NCBI GenBank assembly: GCA_048938385.1
Contig: JBHLMG010000004.1
Coordinates: 101,342-126,397 of the forward strand
Direction of reading: 5' to 3'
Origin: Promethearchaeota archaeon
GTDB taxonomy: Archaea; Asgardarchaeota; Hermodarchaeia; Hermodarchaeales; Hermodarchaeaceae
DNA: 25,056 nt
Shown piece after piece: positions 1-9,559 of this stretch. The notes under the pieces were generated by a model. The model saw nothing but the letters and a program-made list of their open reading frames with translations. It was not told the DNA's origin and ran no database searches. Position 1 is the stretch's first letter; every line of letters begins with the position of its first letter. A program made the position numbers and the translations under genes.

Positions 1-28
1 AGCTGAGGAAGCTGAGGAAGCTGAGGAA
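1..28 (+). repeat. In-frame 9-nt tandem repeat (agctgagga) x3 encoding AEE repeats
   Basis: Seen directly at the window start; may extend further upstream. Confidence 0.85.
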
Positions 29-229
29 ATTCTCGGACCAGATGAATTTCCATCACTTACCGAAGAAGAACGAACAAAATTACTAGAAGAACTAAAGGAC
101 CTAAGCGATGAGGAAAAGCGGAAAGTGCTAAGCACCTTCCGCGAAAAACATACAGTTGAAACAGCAAAAGGAAAAATCGTAAAGGGCAAAAAGACGATTG
201 AAACTGATGAGTCCGAAGACGAGAAGTAA
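1..229 (+). CDS. 3' end of an acidic helical hypothetical protein (5'-truncated by the window)
   Basis: Frame from nt 2 is open to TAA 227-229: AEEAEEAEEILGPDEFPSLTEEERTKLLEELKDLSDEEKRKVLSTFREKHTVETAKGKIVKGKKTIETDESEDEK*. Absent from the ORF track because it has no start. Confidence 0.8.
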   Translation, partial: AEEAEEAEEILGPDEFPSLTEEERTKLLEELKDLSDEEKRKVLSTFREKHTVETAKGKIVKGKKTIETDESEDEK

Positions 230-427
230 TCGATTTGAATATCCATAACCTAGCACCCAGTCGTCAAAAATAAGAAGAAATTCGACTTCAAAATTCTGAA
301 TCTAAAGAAATGCAATAGCCGAGCCAATATCATTGTCAAGACTGCAATTTTCCGACGAATAACCGGTAACACTATTAAGCGGGACCTCCTGCCTATCTTC
401 TCTAAGACAAAATGAAGGTGGCAGATC

Positions 428-1204
428 ATGGTGGAACCTGACCTAAGCGAGTTCATGCTCAATCTCATCAAAGAACGCCATGCGATTCGTGATTACCTAA
501 CCGATCAACAGGTCAGCGACGAGCTCCTATACAAAATCATCGAAGCTGGTGGATACGCACCGAGTGCTGAAAATCAGCAACCTTGGCGTGTCATCATCGT
601 TCGAGATCGGGAGAAACAGCGTCGGATCGGTGAACTAGCCGTCCAGCGCACCATCGAACTCTTTGGCCGGATCACCCCGCGCCAAGAACTAGAACGACGA
701 TTAGGCTATGTCAAGGCGTTGCCCAGCCGTGAACGTACCATCGACTGGCTCATTACAGGGCGCCGCTTCGAATACATCAAAGGTGAACCCGAAACCGATG
801 GGGCACCCTTGCTTTTTGTCCTAGCCATCGAAGCGACCCATGTAGGTAACTCGCAAGCAACTCTTCGTGGAACAGGTGGCGTATACGGATGGAGCAGCCA
901 ACGCCACGCTGTTATTGCTGGTAGCATGTTCATGCAGAACTGTTGGCTTGCAGCCACGGCACTCGGTTTAGGCGCCTGTGTCTCAAGTGTACAACTAGAT
1001 CATTATGATGATGTGCGCGAAATCTCTGAACTCTTAGGCATCCCTCATCCCCACTGGCTACCTATCCTTTGTCTCACAATCGGCTATCCCAAATACCCCC
1101 GTGTGCAGGGTCCACCTCGCTTATCCCCAGAAGAAATCACCTATGTCGACACCTGGGGGAATAATTGGCAACCACAAAAAACACCTAGAACGAAGAAGGA
1201 ATGA
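428..1204 (+). CDS. Nitroreductase-family flavoprotein
   Basis: RHAIRDY (RxSxRxY-like), APSAENQQPW, LAATALGLGAC and IGYP motifs; SD-like gaaggtg upstream. Confidence 0.9.
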   Translation: MVEPDLSEFMLNLIKERHAIRDYLTDQQVSDELLYKIIEAGGYAPSAENQQPWRVIIVRDREKQRRIGELAVQRTIELFGRITPRQELERRLGYVKALPSRERTIDWLITGRRFEYIKGEPETDGAPLLFVLAIEATHVGNSQATLRGTGGVYGWSSQRHAVIAGSMFMQNCWLAATALGLGACVSSVQLDHYDDVREISELLGIPHPHWLPILCLTIGYPKYPRVQGPPRLSPEEITYVDTWGNNWQPQKTPRTKKE

Positions 1205-1210
1205 AGCCTC

Positions 1211-1753
1211 ATGGACCAATTCAAGACTCTACAAGAATTCATCGTTGCGTGGATGGATGAGCTCTGGTATAGCCTGCGTGACCGTGTCGGCGCGCTTTCC
1301 ATGATAGAAAGCCTGCAAAACTCTTGGAAAGCTGCGGGTCAGAAGGTCGGAGAACTCGCAAAAAGTGAAGGACTCACAATCGCTGAAACCGCAAAGACGG
1401 CTCATCACATGCTCGGGCGCACAGTCACGCTTGAAGGAAATACGCTGATAGTGACGACTTGCCCCATATGGGATCGAATCCTGACAGGGAACCTTGAGTA
1501 TGGACTACGCTGTGAGGAATTCGTTTGCGCGCCCTATCTTGATGGCATGAAGGGCGCTCTAAATGCAAAGGAGGCTATCGTTGAGACAAATCTTCGACTT
1601 GCCTATGTGAAACGCGCCCAACTTGAATACAAACTCTCAAAACTAAAATCCCAACCTTCTGAGGATTCGAAGGCTCAGAATGAACGAAAAGTCCTTCAGA
1701 AGCAATTGGATCAATTGCCCAAGAGTCCAGCATGTGTCTTCCGGGTCAAATAA
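1211..1753 (+). CDS. V4R/HNOX-like putative metal-binding protein with a helical insertion
   Basis: Helical N-terminus, then LIVTTCPIW...CEEFVC...CVFRVK, the Cys spacing typical of V4R-type domains; 6 nt after the nitroreductase stop. Confidence 0.55.
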   Translation: MDQFKTLQEFIVAWMDELWYSLRDRVGALSMIESLQNSWKAAGQKVGELAKSEGLTIAETAKTAHHMLGRTVTLEGNTLIVTTCPIWDRILTGNLEYGLRCEEFVCAPYLDGMKGALNAKEAIVETNLRLAYVKRAQLEYKLSKLKSQPSEDSKAQNERKVLQKQLDQLPKSPACVFRVK

Positions 1754-1764
1754 ATGGGTGTTCA

Positions 1765-3045
1765 CTACCTATTGCCTTCAATGATCGACTTGGCTAATGC
1801 TACCACTTCTTCAACGCTCAAGTCCGCTTTTAGATGACTGAACTCAGTCTTACATTGGTCGAACCGCTTCAAGATCTCCTCTTTATCTTTCTGTGCATGA
1901 TACTGCTTAACCGCTTCAGCTACTTCACGAATTTGAGTCTTAGTAGCCAGAACGCTGTTCTCACGCAAAATGTATTCGATGAGGTGACGCCCAGCAAATT
2001 TCCCCAAGTAGAAGCTGCGTTGTCGACCCACGAGTTCTGGCGGAATTGGCTCATAAGATAAGGAATGTGCCAAAGTTCCATGGACATGAATCCCCGAGCC
2101 ATGGTTAAACGCGTTCTGTCCCACAATGGCCTTATGCACAGGAATCGGGATTGCGAAACTGCGTTCTACTAACTTGGATAGCTCAAAGAGCTTTTTCGTC
2201 TTGATGCCAGTCTTTATTCCGTACAAGGTTTCTAGAGCCATTACCACTTCTTCCAACGCCGCATTACCCGCCCGTTCGCCAAAGCCATTCACGCATACAT
2301 GGGGGTAGGTAGCCCCCATCTCTACAGCAGCCAGCGTATTTGCGGTGGCTAGACCAAAATCATTGTGACAATGAATACCCAAAGCAAATGACTTCTTCGT
2401 GGCTTCTGTTAGCCTCTCTTTGACCTCTTTAACGATATATTGTATGACCCCAGGTCGACAAAATCCCACTGTATCCGCAATCACAATCGTATCCGCCCCT
2501 GCTTCAATGGAGGCCTTCGATATCTGCACAACTTTGTCCAAGTCACTACGTGTGGCATCTTCTACAACATACGCCACATTAGCTCCATGATCGACAGCAT
2601 AAGCGGTACACTCTGTGAGGTTATCGATGGCTTCTGCTAAGGTCATTTTGAGTTGATATTCTAATCGTAACTTGCTTGGCGCAATGAAAATAGGGATGAC
2701 TTCTGCTCCGGTATCAATACAAGCTTGGACATCGCCAAGCACCGCACGAGCAGGTGCGGCAAGTTTTGCGTTTTGAAATCCTTCCTTCGAGAGGCGCCGG
2801 ATAGTTTCTCGTTCTTCTTTTGAAACCATAGGAAATCCCGCTGCAATCACCGCAACCCCAATCTCATCCATTAACTTAGCAATCTCGATTTTCTCATCTA
2901 CCGTAAGGAGAGTTCCTGCTGTCTGTTCCCCATCACGCAAGGTTTCATCCCAAATCCATACACGATTCGGTGTGGATGGTAAACGCAATTCGTTGCGGCG
3001 GTTGTGATTCACGATGAGCCCGGCGGCTTCTAATTCGCTAGTCAT
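1765..3045 (-). CDS. Homocitrate synthase / isopropylmalate / citramalate synthase family (DRE-TIM metallolyase) lacking the LeuA regulatory domain (AksA/NifV-like)
   Basis: DETLRDGEQ, HCHNDFGLATAN, GFGERAGNA, HGSGIHVHG and YEPIPPELVG motifs; 426 aa. Confidence 0.9.
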   Translation of the reverse strand: MTSELEAAGLIVNHNRRNELRLPSTPNRVWIWDETLRDGEQTAGTLLTVDEKIEIAKLMDEIGVAVIAAGFPMVSKEERETIRRLSKEGFQNAKLAAPARAVLGDVQACIDTGAEVIPIFIAPSKLRLEYQLKMTLAEAIDNLTECTAYAVDHGANVAYVVEDATRSDLDKVVQISKASIEAGADTIVIADTVGFCRPGVIQYIVKEVKERLTEATKKSFALGIHCHNDFGLATANTLAAVEMGATYPHVCVNGFGERAGNAALEEVVMALETLYGIKTGIKTKKLFELSKLVERSFAIPIPVHKAIVGQNAFNHGSGIHVHGTLAHSLSYEPIPPELVGRQRSFYLGKFAGRHLIEYILRENSVLATKTQIREVAEAVKQYHAQKDKEEILKRFDQCKTEFSHLKADLSVEEVVALAKSIIEGNR

Positions 3046-3205
3046 GAATGTCGACCCCTAATGATCGCTATTTCAGCCTGCGGCTTCTTCATCCTTTATC
3101 TTTTTTGAAGCACGACTTTTCAACGCGCTGTAGACCCCACATTGCGAATGCTTCTTAAGCAAAACTCACTAAACGAGCCAATATAACCAGTTTATTTCGA
3201 ACTCG

Positions 3206-4588
3206 GTGACTGGGATGGCTGCGAAAACACCTAATCAACCTCTGATCTCGCTCTTCTCCGCTAGCTCCGTGGTCCTTATTGGCGCCAGTGCAAATCCCCA
3301 GTCCTTCGGTTTTCAAGTAGCCCGAGCCCTCATCCGAAATTTCAAGGGCTCAATCAGTTATGTGAGCGCTACCGAGGCTAAGGTGTTAGGAGACCCTACT
3401 TATGCAACCATTGCTGAAGTGCCAAAGGGGAACCATCTTTGGATTATTGCCACGGTCACCAAAAATTTTGATGAAACTCTACAATTAATCGGGCAACGGA
3501 ATCCCCTTGCAATCCTTATACTAGTCGAATTACCTTCCGAACAGCAAGAAGGTGTGAGGAAGGTCATCACTTCCCTTTCCTGCCCCGTGATTGGTCCCCG
3601 CAGCGCCGGCTTCTATGATTCTACGACGCGCCTTGATATGTTTCCGCTTCCTCCCGAAGTACTCGGACGACCACCAAAGGGATCCGCTGGCGTAATCACT
3701 GATAACCGCGATGTCGCCTTCGGACTCCTCGAACAACTCAGCAATTACCGCTGTGGAGTCTCAAGATTTGTTGACCTAGGCGAAACCTTTGGAACGCGAG
3801 AAGCTGACGCTCTCTCATTTTTCGCTCAAGATGACGCTACAAAGATCGTCCTCCTTGGAACTGGTCAGGTATCCAATCTACGGGCATTCAGACAAGCTGT
3901 CAACAAAGTGCATGGCGCAAACAAGCCAGTTATCGTATCGCTTTTCCCGGAGGAAATTACAGCCCGCCTAGGACTTCACCGTCGAACAGGAACTACCGTT
4001 ACTCCCCTCACCAAAGATATCGCACAACAAACTGGCTTAATGGTCACTTCGTCATGGGACCACGCAGTTGACTTGACCCTTCTCTGCCAACACCAATCGC
4101 TCCCACAAGGGCCCAATGTTGCAGCCATCTCAAATTTTGGCGCCTACTGTGTCTATGTTGCAAGTGCCTTGCATACTTCAAAACTCAAGCTAGCCAACCT
4201 TGCCCCAAATACTAAGCGAGCCCTGAACGAAAATCTCCCCCCCTATTGTCGGTGTGAAAACCCCATCTGTCTATACACTAACGCTGATGAAGTCCGGCTC
4301 GATACAGCCCTGCGCCTAATCCTTCCCGATCCAAACACTCACAGCCTCATCCTCAGCCTTCTCCCCCAATCACCCAACCTTGACCCCGACTACCTCTATG
4401 TTATGCTCCGACAGCGCCTCAGAACCCTTGCCACTCCCAAACCAATCATCGCTGTAATCCCGGCTAGAGAACGCGAAAACCTTCTAGTTCAAAGCCTTGA
4501 ACATCTCCACATCCCTGTCTACTCCAACCACTACCGTGCACTGGGTGCCTTAGAAAACGCCTACCGTCTCTCAAAACTCCATGATTAA
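3206..4588 (+). CDS. Degenerate paralogue of ADP-forming acyl-CoA synthetase alpha subunit (probable pseudo-enzyme); ATG 3215 is an alternative start
   Basis: Collinear with 5015..6418 (IGAS CoA-binding loop, GVSRFVDLG, NPI motif), but GPNC reads GPRS, SQSG reads TDNR, YMEG reads GTGQ and SHTG reads RRTG. Confidence 0.8.
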   Translation: MTGMAAKTPNQPLISLFSASSVVLIGASANPQSFGFQVARALIRNFKGSISYVSATEAKVLGDPTYATIAEVPKGNHLWIIATVTKNFDETLQLIGQRNPLAILILVELPSEQQEGVRKVITSLSCPVIGPRSAGFYDSTTRLDMFPLPPEVLGRPPKGSAGVITDNRDVAFGLLEQLSNYRCGVSRFVDLGETFGTREADALSFFAQDDATKIVLLGTGQVSNLRAFRQAVNKVHGANKPVIVSLFPEEITARLGLHRRTGTTVTPLTKDIAQQTGLMVTSSWDHAVDLTLLCQHQSLPQGPNVAAISNFGAYCVYVASALHTSKLKLANLAPNTKRALNENLPPYCRCENPICLYTNADEVRLDTALRLILPDPNTHSLILSLLPQSPNLDPDYLYVMLRQRLRTLATPKPIIAVIPARERENLLVQSLEHLHIPVYSNHYRALGALENAYRLSKLHD

Positions 4589-4714
4589 TGAGTGGCTTAG
4601 TAACGCGCGATCACTATCCTTCCAGCTTCATGGCAGAAAGACCACTCATCTATCTCGGCAAGAACACTTATCTGCTAAAACATGCCGCATAACCTCCAAC
4701 AAGGTGAATTTATC

Positions 4715-4972
4715 ATGTACAAAGCCTATGTCCTCATCAAAGTCGCACCCCAACAGGAAGACGCCATTCTACGAGAGATTTCTAAGCATCCCACAATATC
4801 TGAATCTCACAAGCTCTTTGGAATGTACGATCTTATTGTCGAAATCGAGCGAAAGGGCATGCGTGAAATCATGCAATCCATCTCAAAAATTCGTGCGATT
4901 AAAGGCGTACTAGACACGATAACCAACCTCGTTGCTGACTTTGAGATGGATGTACACGGAGCACCAATCTGA
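4715..4972 (+). CDS. Stand-alone Lrp/AsnC ligand-binding (RAM) domain protein, no HTH
   Basis: KAYVLIKV...LFGMYDLIVEI...IRAIKGVLDTIT; aaggtga SD before ATG 4715 (ORF track starts at 4682). Confidence 0.85.
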   Translation: MYKAYVLIKVAPQQEDAILREISKHPTISESHKLFGMYDLIVEIERKGMREIMQSISKIRAIKGVLDTITNLVADFEMDVHGAPI

Positions 4973-5014
4973 TTGTCAGGATAAGGAACGGAGGTCAGTT
5001 GAGGGACGCATCGC

Positions 5015-6418
5015 ATGGCATCAGACCTGGACCCTTTTTTTAATCCTCAAACCGTTGCGGTGGTCGGTGCCTCGGCACGCAAAACGAGTGTTGGCGGTGT
5101 GATTTTCCGCAACTTCCTGAAACCGACATTTAAGGGTGTAGCTTACCCTATCAATCCCCGCGCCACTGAGGTCTTAGGTATCCCTTGCTACGAAAAAGTG
5201 TCAGCGATTCCTCAACCCGTCGACCTTGTAGTTATCGCTGTCCCGGCAGGCATCGTTCCCAACATCATGCTTGACTGTGAAACTAAAGGAGTCAAAGCTG
5301 TCATCATCATAAGCGGAGGATTCAAAGAAATCGGATCTGAAGGTGCCTATCTCGAAGAGCAAGTCGTGGAAATCGCCAAACGGAGTGGTATTCGCGTCAT
5401 TGGTCCCAATTGCGTTGGTATTTATGACACCAATACTGGCGTAGATACGACCTTTCTTCCTGCCTCGCGCATGGGACGTCCAGGGAAAGGTTACATCAGC
5501 TTCATCAGCCAAAGTGGTGCCTTTGCAGCAGCTATCCTCGACATGAACGCTTTATCTGGGTTAGGAGTCAGTCGGGTTATCAGTTTTGGGAACAAAGCTG
5601 ATGTGAATGAAATTGACCTTATTAAGTACCTCGGAAACGACCCTGAAACGCGTGTTATTGTAGAATATATGGAAGGGCTATCACCGAGTACAGGGGGAAC
5701 ATACCTGACCACTGCTAAGGATGTAACCCAGCAAAAGCCTCTCATCGTGGTCAAAGCGGGGCGGTCTTCCCGTGGATCTGCCGCTGCTGCAAGTCATACG
5801 GGAGCCCTCGCGGGTGATGCTAAACTCTATGACTTTGCTTTTCATCAAGCTGGTATCTTAACTGCGCGTGATTTTGAAGATGGGTTCGAGATGGCGAAAA
5901 CCCTAGCGTCGCAGCCACCAGCTCAAGGTAATCGTGTGCTCATTGTCACCGATGCTGGTGGCGCGGGTGTTATGACAGTCGACGCTTGTGAAGCGCTTGG
6001 GTTAACTGTTCCCGAACCTCCCCAAGATAAAAAGAAAATTCTCCGCGCAGCCTTTCCTGGGTATTGCAGTGTCCACAATCCCATTGACTTAACAGGGGAC
6101 ACCGATGCTGAACGTTATCAAATCGCTCTAGAAACGCTGTTAGGAACACCTCATTATGATGCCGCTATTGTCATCGTCATGATGCAAGTTCCCCTTCTCG
6201 ATTTAGACATCGTCGACCGCCTCATGGCTATTGTCCGTAAATTCAACAAACCTCTCGTTGCGTTAACAGCTGGTGGACGATTCACCATGAAGGGGGCTCG
6301 ACTCCTCGAAGAAGCTGGGATTCCAGCTCTCCCCACTCCCGCTCGAGCTGCAAAGGCGCTGTGGGCTCTCGTTGAGTACGGTCAGCGCATAAAGAAGCGG
6401 CATTCCCGTTCTGATTAA
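5015..6418 (+). CDS. acdA: Acetate/acyl-CoA ligase (ADP-forming) alpha subunit
   Basis: VAVVGAS, GPNCVG, SQSGAF, FGNKAD, YMEG, phospho-His loop ASHTGALAG, GGAGV and NPIDLTGD all intact. Confidence 0.93.
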   Translation: MASDLDPFFNPQTVAVVGASARKTSVGGVIFRNFLKPTFKGVAYPINPRATEVLGIPCYEKVSAIPQPVDLVVIAVPAGIVPNIMLDCETKGVKAVIIISGGFKEIGSEGAYLEEQVVEIAKRSGIRVIGPNCVGIYDTNTGVDTTFLPASRMGRPGKGYISFISQSGAFAAAILDMNALSGLGVSRVISFGNKADVNEIDLIKYLGNDPETRVIVEYMEGLSPSTGGTYLTTAKDVTQQKPLIVVKAGRSSRGSAAAASHTGALAGDAKLYDFAFHQAGILTARDFEDGFEMAKTLASQPPAQGNRVLIVTDAGGAGVMTVDACEALGLTVPEPPQDKKKILRAAFPGYCSVHNPIDLTGDTDAERYQIALETLLGTPHYDAAIVIVMMQVPLLDLDIVDRLMAIVRKFNKPLVALTAGGRFTMKGARLLEEAGIPALPTPARAAKALWALVEYGQRIKKRHSRSD

Positions 6419-6530
6419 GTGAAAGGACGTCTTTGTTGGCTTCAAGGAGTTTTGGACGATGCAATTGTTTTTAATCGCATGAGAATACCCTTTTCCCACG
6501 GTTTCCTCGCGCTAGTCGAGGTGTCCTATA

Positions 6531-7691
6531 GTGATCAATGTAAGCATTGTTGGTGCCGGACAGACAAGGTTTGGACGACACGACGATTACGATTTACGCG
6601 AACTTTTTGCTAAGGCAGCTCACGAAGCCCTTGAAGAGGCAGGCTTGGCTCCGAAGGATGTAGATGCTGCGTTCATCGGGAACTTATCTGCTGACCAGTT
6701 TAACCGTCAAACCCACATTGCTCCCCTAATGGCTGATTTTGCAGGAATGAAAGGCATTCCTGTCACCAAATGCGAAGCCGCATGCGCATCTTCAGCAACA
6801 GCTCTTCGTGCAGCTATTCTAGCCATCGAATCTGGGCACCATGAGGTTGTCATGGCGGCAGGTGTTGAAAAAATGACTGACTTACCCACACCGGGAGTCA
6901 TTGAAACTCTAGCCATGGCTGCCGATCAAGTCTTTGAAGCCCAGCCAGGTATTACATTTCCCGGAATATTTGCAGTCCTTGCCGTAGCACACATGGCTAA
7001 ATATGGAACCACTAAAGAGCAACTAGCCGCTGTGGCTGTGAAAAATCATGCTAATGCGGTTCACAACCCCTTGGCGCAATATCAAAAGGAAATCACTATG
7101 GAAAAAGCCCTTTCTTCAAGGATGGTCGCATGGCCTCTTGGACTCTTCGATTGCTCTCCTATCACTGATGGTGCCGCGGCTGTTATTCTGACTCGAACAA
7201 AAAAGGCTCGTAAATTTACAGATACGCCAGTAAAGATCATCGCGTCAGCACAAGCCAACGACACGATGAACCTCTGTGATCGTACTGACCTTACTAGTCT
7301 CTATGCCGCGCGAACCGCAGCTCACCGAGCCTACCAACAGGCTAGAATCGGACCAAAGGACATTGATTTTGCCGAAGTTCACGACTGTTTCACCATCGCC
7401 GAAATCATTGCTACTGAAGACCTCGGGTTCTTTAAACCTGGCCAAGGTGGACCTGCTGTTGAAGATGGACGCACCCAAATCCATGGTGAAGTAGCGATCA
7501 ACACCAGTGGAGGTCTAAAAGCGAAAGGACATCCTGTTGGTGCTACGGGAGTCGCCCAAATCATCGAAGCTTATCATCAATTGCGCGATGAAGCTGGAAA
7601 ACGCCAAGTTGACGATCCAAACTATGGGCTTTTGCACAATGTGGGCGGTACCGGTGCGACCTGTGCAATTCACATATGTGAGCGGTGGTGA
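6531..7691 (+). CDS. Archaeal/SCP2-type thiolase (acetyl-CoA acetyltransferase family)
   Basis: EAACASS (catalytic Cys), HDCF, SGGLKAKGHPVGATG and HNVGG; gaggtg SD and GTG start. Confidence 0.93.
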   Translation: MINVSIVGAGQTRFGRHDDYDLRELFAKAAHEALEEAGLAPKDVDAAFIGNLSADQFNRQTHIAPLMADFAGMKGIPVTKCEAACASSATALRAAILAIESGHHEVVMAAGVEKMTDLPTPGVIETLAMAADQVFEAQPGITFPGIFAVLAVAHMAKYGTTKEQLAAVAVKNHANAVHNPLAQYQKEITMEKALSSRMVAWPLGLFDCSPITDGAAAVILTRTKKARKFTDTPVKIIASAQANDTMNLCDRTDLTSLYAARTAAHRAYQQARIGPKDIDFAEVHDCFTIAEIIATEDLGFFKPGQGGPAVEDGRTQIHGEVAINTSGGLKAKGHPVGATGVAQIIEAYHQLRDEAGKRQVDDPNYGLLHNVGGTGATCAIHICERW

Positions 7692-8101
7692 TGATCGTGA
7701 GTGACGAGACGACGATAAAGAACTATTTCAAGCTGATTAACGATGGCAAGTTATGTGCCGCTGAATGTTCTAGCTGCCATGAACTCGTTTTGCCTCCTCG
7801 CCTATTCTGTCCAAACTGTAACAGTAAGACAACGCATTGGAAAACACTCAGTGGGAAGGGTAGGCTTAGTTCCTTCACCGTGATTCATGTTGCTGGAACC
7901 TCCTACGCTGAGGATGTTCCCTACATTGTCGCAATTGTTCAACTAGAAGAAGGGCCTTCAATTTGTGCCCGGTTAGTGGGTGTCGATCCCCTGAAGCCAG
8001 AAGAGATTCATGTCGGAGATTCCGTTATGGCTGGTTTTGAAGAGCTTCCAGGATCCACCCCTGAGGAATCGACGAAGCGGTTAGTTTTTCATCCTGCCTA
8101 G
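7691..8101 (+). CDS. DUF35 Zn-ribbon + OB-fold protein (thiolase partner)
   Basis: CSSC...PPRLFCPNC, G.L.SFTVI and PYIVAIVQLEEG; TGATG stop/start overlap with the thiolase. Confidence 0.92.
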   Translation: MIVSDETTIKNYFKLINDGKLCAAECSSCHELVLPPRLFCPNCNSKTTHWKTLSGKGRLSSFTVIHVAGTSYAEDVPYIVAIVQLEEGPSICARLVGVDPLKPEEIHVGDSVMAGFEELPGSTPEESTKRLVFHPA

Positions 8102-8106
8102 TCAGG

Positions 8107-9432
8107 TCATTTTTTGACTCCGAGGAATCGAAGTGCAGACACTGCGAGAACCTTGGTGACCTTGATTAAGGCATCAATGGAGATGCTTTCATCAGCGACA
8201 TGAGCTTGCGTCATGTTGCCTGGACCGTATACTACGCTCGAGGTAAGTCCGGCTCGACGCAGAAGTCGTGCGTCGGTTGCGTAAGGCACGAGAAAGTACA
8301 CAGTCGGTCCCATAATGTCCTTTGAGGTATTGTACAAGGTAGTGACCATTTCGTTTTGCTGATAGTCTGGTATCGAATTCCCTGCAAAGGCTTCAATGAT
8401 TTCCACATCCACAATATCTATCAAACCGCACTCAGTTGCGAGGGTGCGGACGAAGTTAACTATTTCTTGTGGGTGTTGACCAGGTAATATTCTGAAATCG
8501 ATTTGGACTTCGCACCGATCAGGAACGACATTAGCGGCAGCGCCACCCTTGATAACTCCGATGTTCATTGTAGTAGTTGTTAACGCTTCTAATCCTGCTG
8601 AAAGTGGATTTCGTCCACCTTGAAACTGTCCCTCCATAAGTGATAGTTCAACTCCAAGTGCTTTGGCAAATTGTGTCAAAATGGCGTTTCGGCTGATGGG
8701 AGGTGTTGTAGTGGGAAGTGGTGTGTGCTGAAGAGCTTGGAGAAGTTGCATCATCAAGTCAATCGCGTTTCGCCCAGCAGCCGGAATACTTCCATGCGCT
8801 TTTTCCCCCTTGGTTGTAATTCGCAACCATACCGGCCCTTTCTCACCAATGTTTACAGCATACCCAAGCTGACCAAGCCCAGATGGTTCTGGAATGATTG
8901 CCGCATCAGCTTTGATTTTCTCCCAGGCATTCTCGATACACCAGGTCGTGCCTAATTGACCTTGCCGCTCCTCATCTCCCACGGCGTTTAGAATGAGCGA
9001 CCCGTTCAAGGGGATGTCTAGATCTCGTAAAGCACACATTGCTATAGTCATTGCGGCCACGCCTCCCTTCATATCCATCGCCCCCCTTCCATAGATTAAA
9101 TCATCACGAACTTCTGCCGTAAAAGGATCAACTGTCCAGTCTTCACCAGGTGGCACCACATCTACATGTCCATTAAACAGGAGTCGTCGTTCCCCCTTCT
9201 TCACCTGCCAGGTAGCAATTAGGTTCTCGATGTTTGGGTGAGAGGATAGGTACTCGGTAGGAATATTCCGCTTTTCTAAGGTCTTTCCAACTCGGTGTGC
9301 AACTTCGGCTTCTCCTCGAGTGTCCCGATCCCAACTAGGAATGCGAATCAGGTCTTGACATAACTCGACTAACTCGTCGGCTAGGATGTTAACCTGCTCC
9401 ACGACTTGTTGGTCCCATTCAGTAAGTTTCAT
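8107..9432 (-). CDS. M20-family metallohydrolase (ArgE/DapE-like deacylase)
   Basis: FNGHVDVVP, GRGAMDMKGG, GDEE, PEP, HGS and AHVADE metal-ligand motifs; GTG 9438 is an alternative start. Confidence 0.92.
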   Translation of the reverse strand: MKLTEWDQQVVEQVNILADELVELCQDLIRIPSWDRDTRGEAEVAHRVGKTLEKRNIPTEYLSSHPNIENLIATWQVKKGERRLLFNGHVDVVPPGEDWTVDPFTAEVRDDLIYGRGAMDMKGGVAAMTIAMCALRDLDIPLNGSLILNAVGDEERQGQLGTTWCIENAWEKIKADAAIIPEPSGLGQLGYAVNIGEKGPVWLRITTKGEKAHGSIPAAGRNAIDLMMQLLQALQHTPLPTTTPPISRNAILTQFAKALGVELSLMEGQFQGGRNPLSAGLEALTTTTMNIGVIKGGAAANVVPDRCEVQIDFRILPGQHPQEIVNFVRTLATECGLIDIVDVEIIEAFAGNSIPDYQQNEMVTTLYNTSKDIMGPTVYFLVPYATDARLLRRAGLTSSVVYGPGNMTQAHVADESISIDALIKVTKVLAVSALRFLGVKK

Positions 9433-9559
9433 GTCCACAACCTCGCCAACTCTTCGTTTTTGGCAATGAAAAAGTTTGAGTGTGTTGAGTAGGCACCAAA
9501 GGTCTTATACTCTTCTTCCTCCTCTTCTCCACTAGCGTAGGTGGCGTCAAAGCGTGACT

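Noticed and set aside
4588-4649. SECIS element / selenoprotein recoding
   Set aside because: The ATGA pairs Watson-Crick with TCAT rather than forming a GA quartet, and I saw no gene in the window with an in-frame TGA or TAG interrupting a conserved domain.
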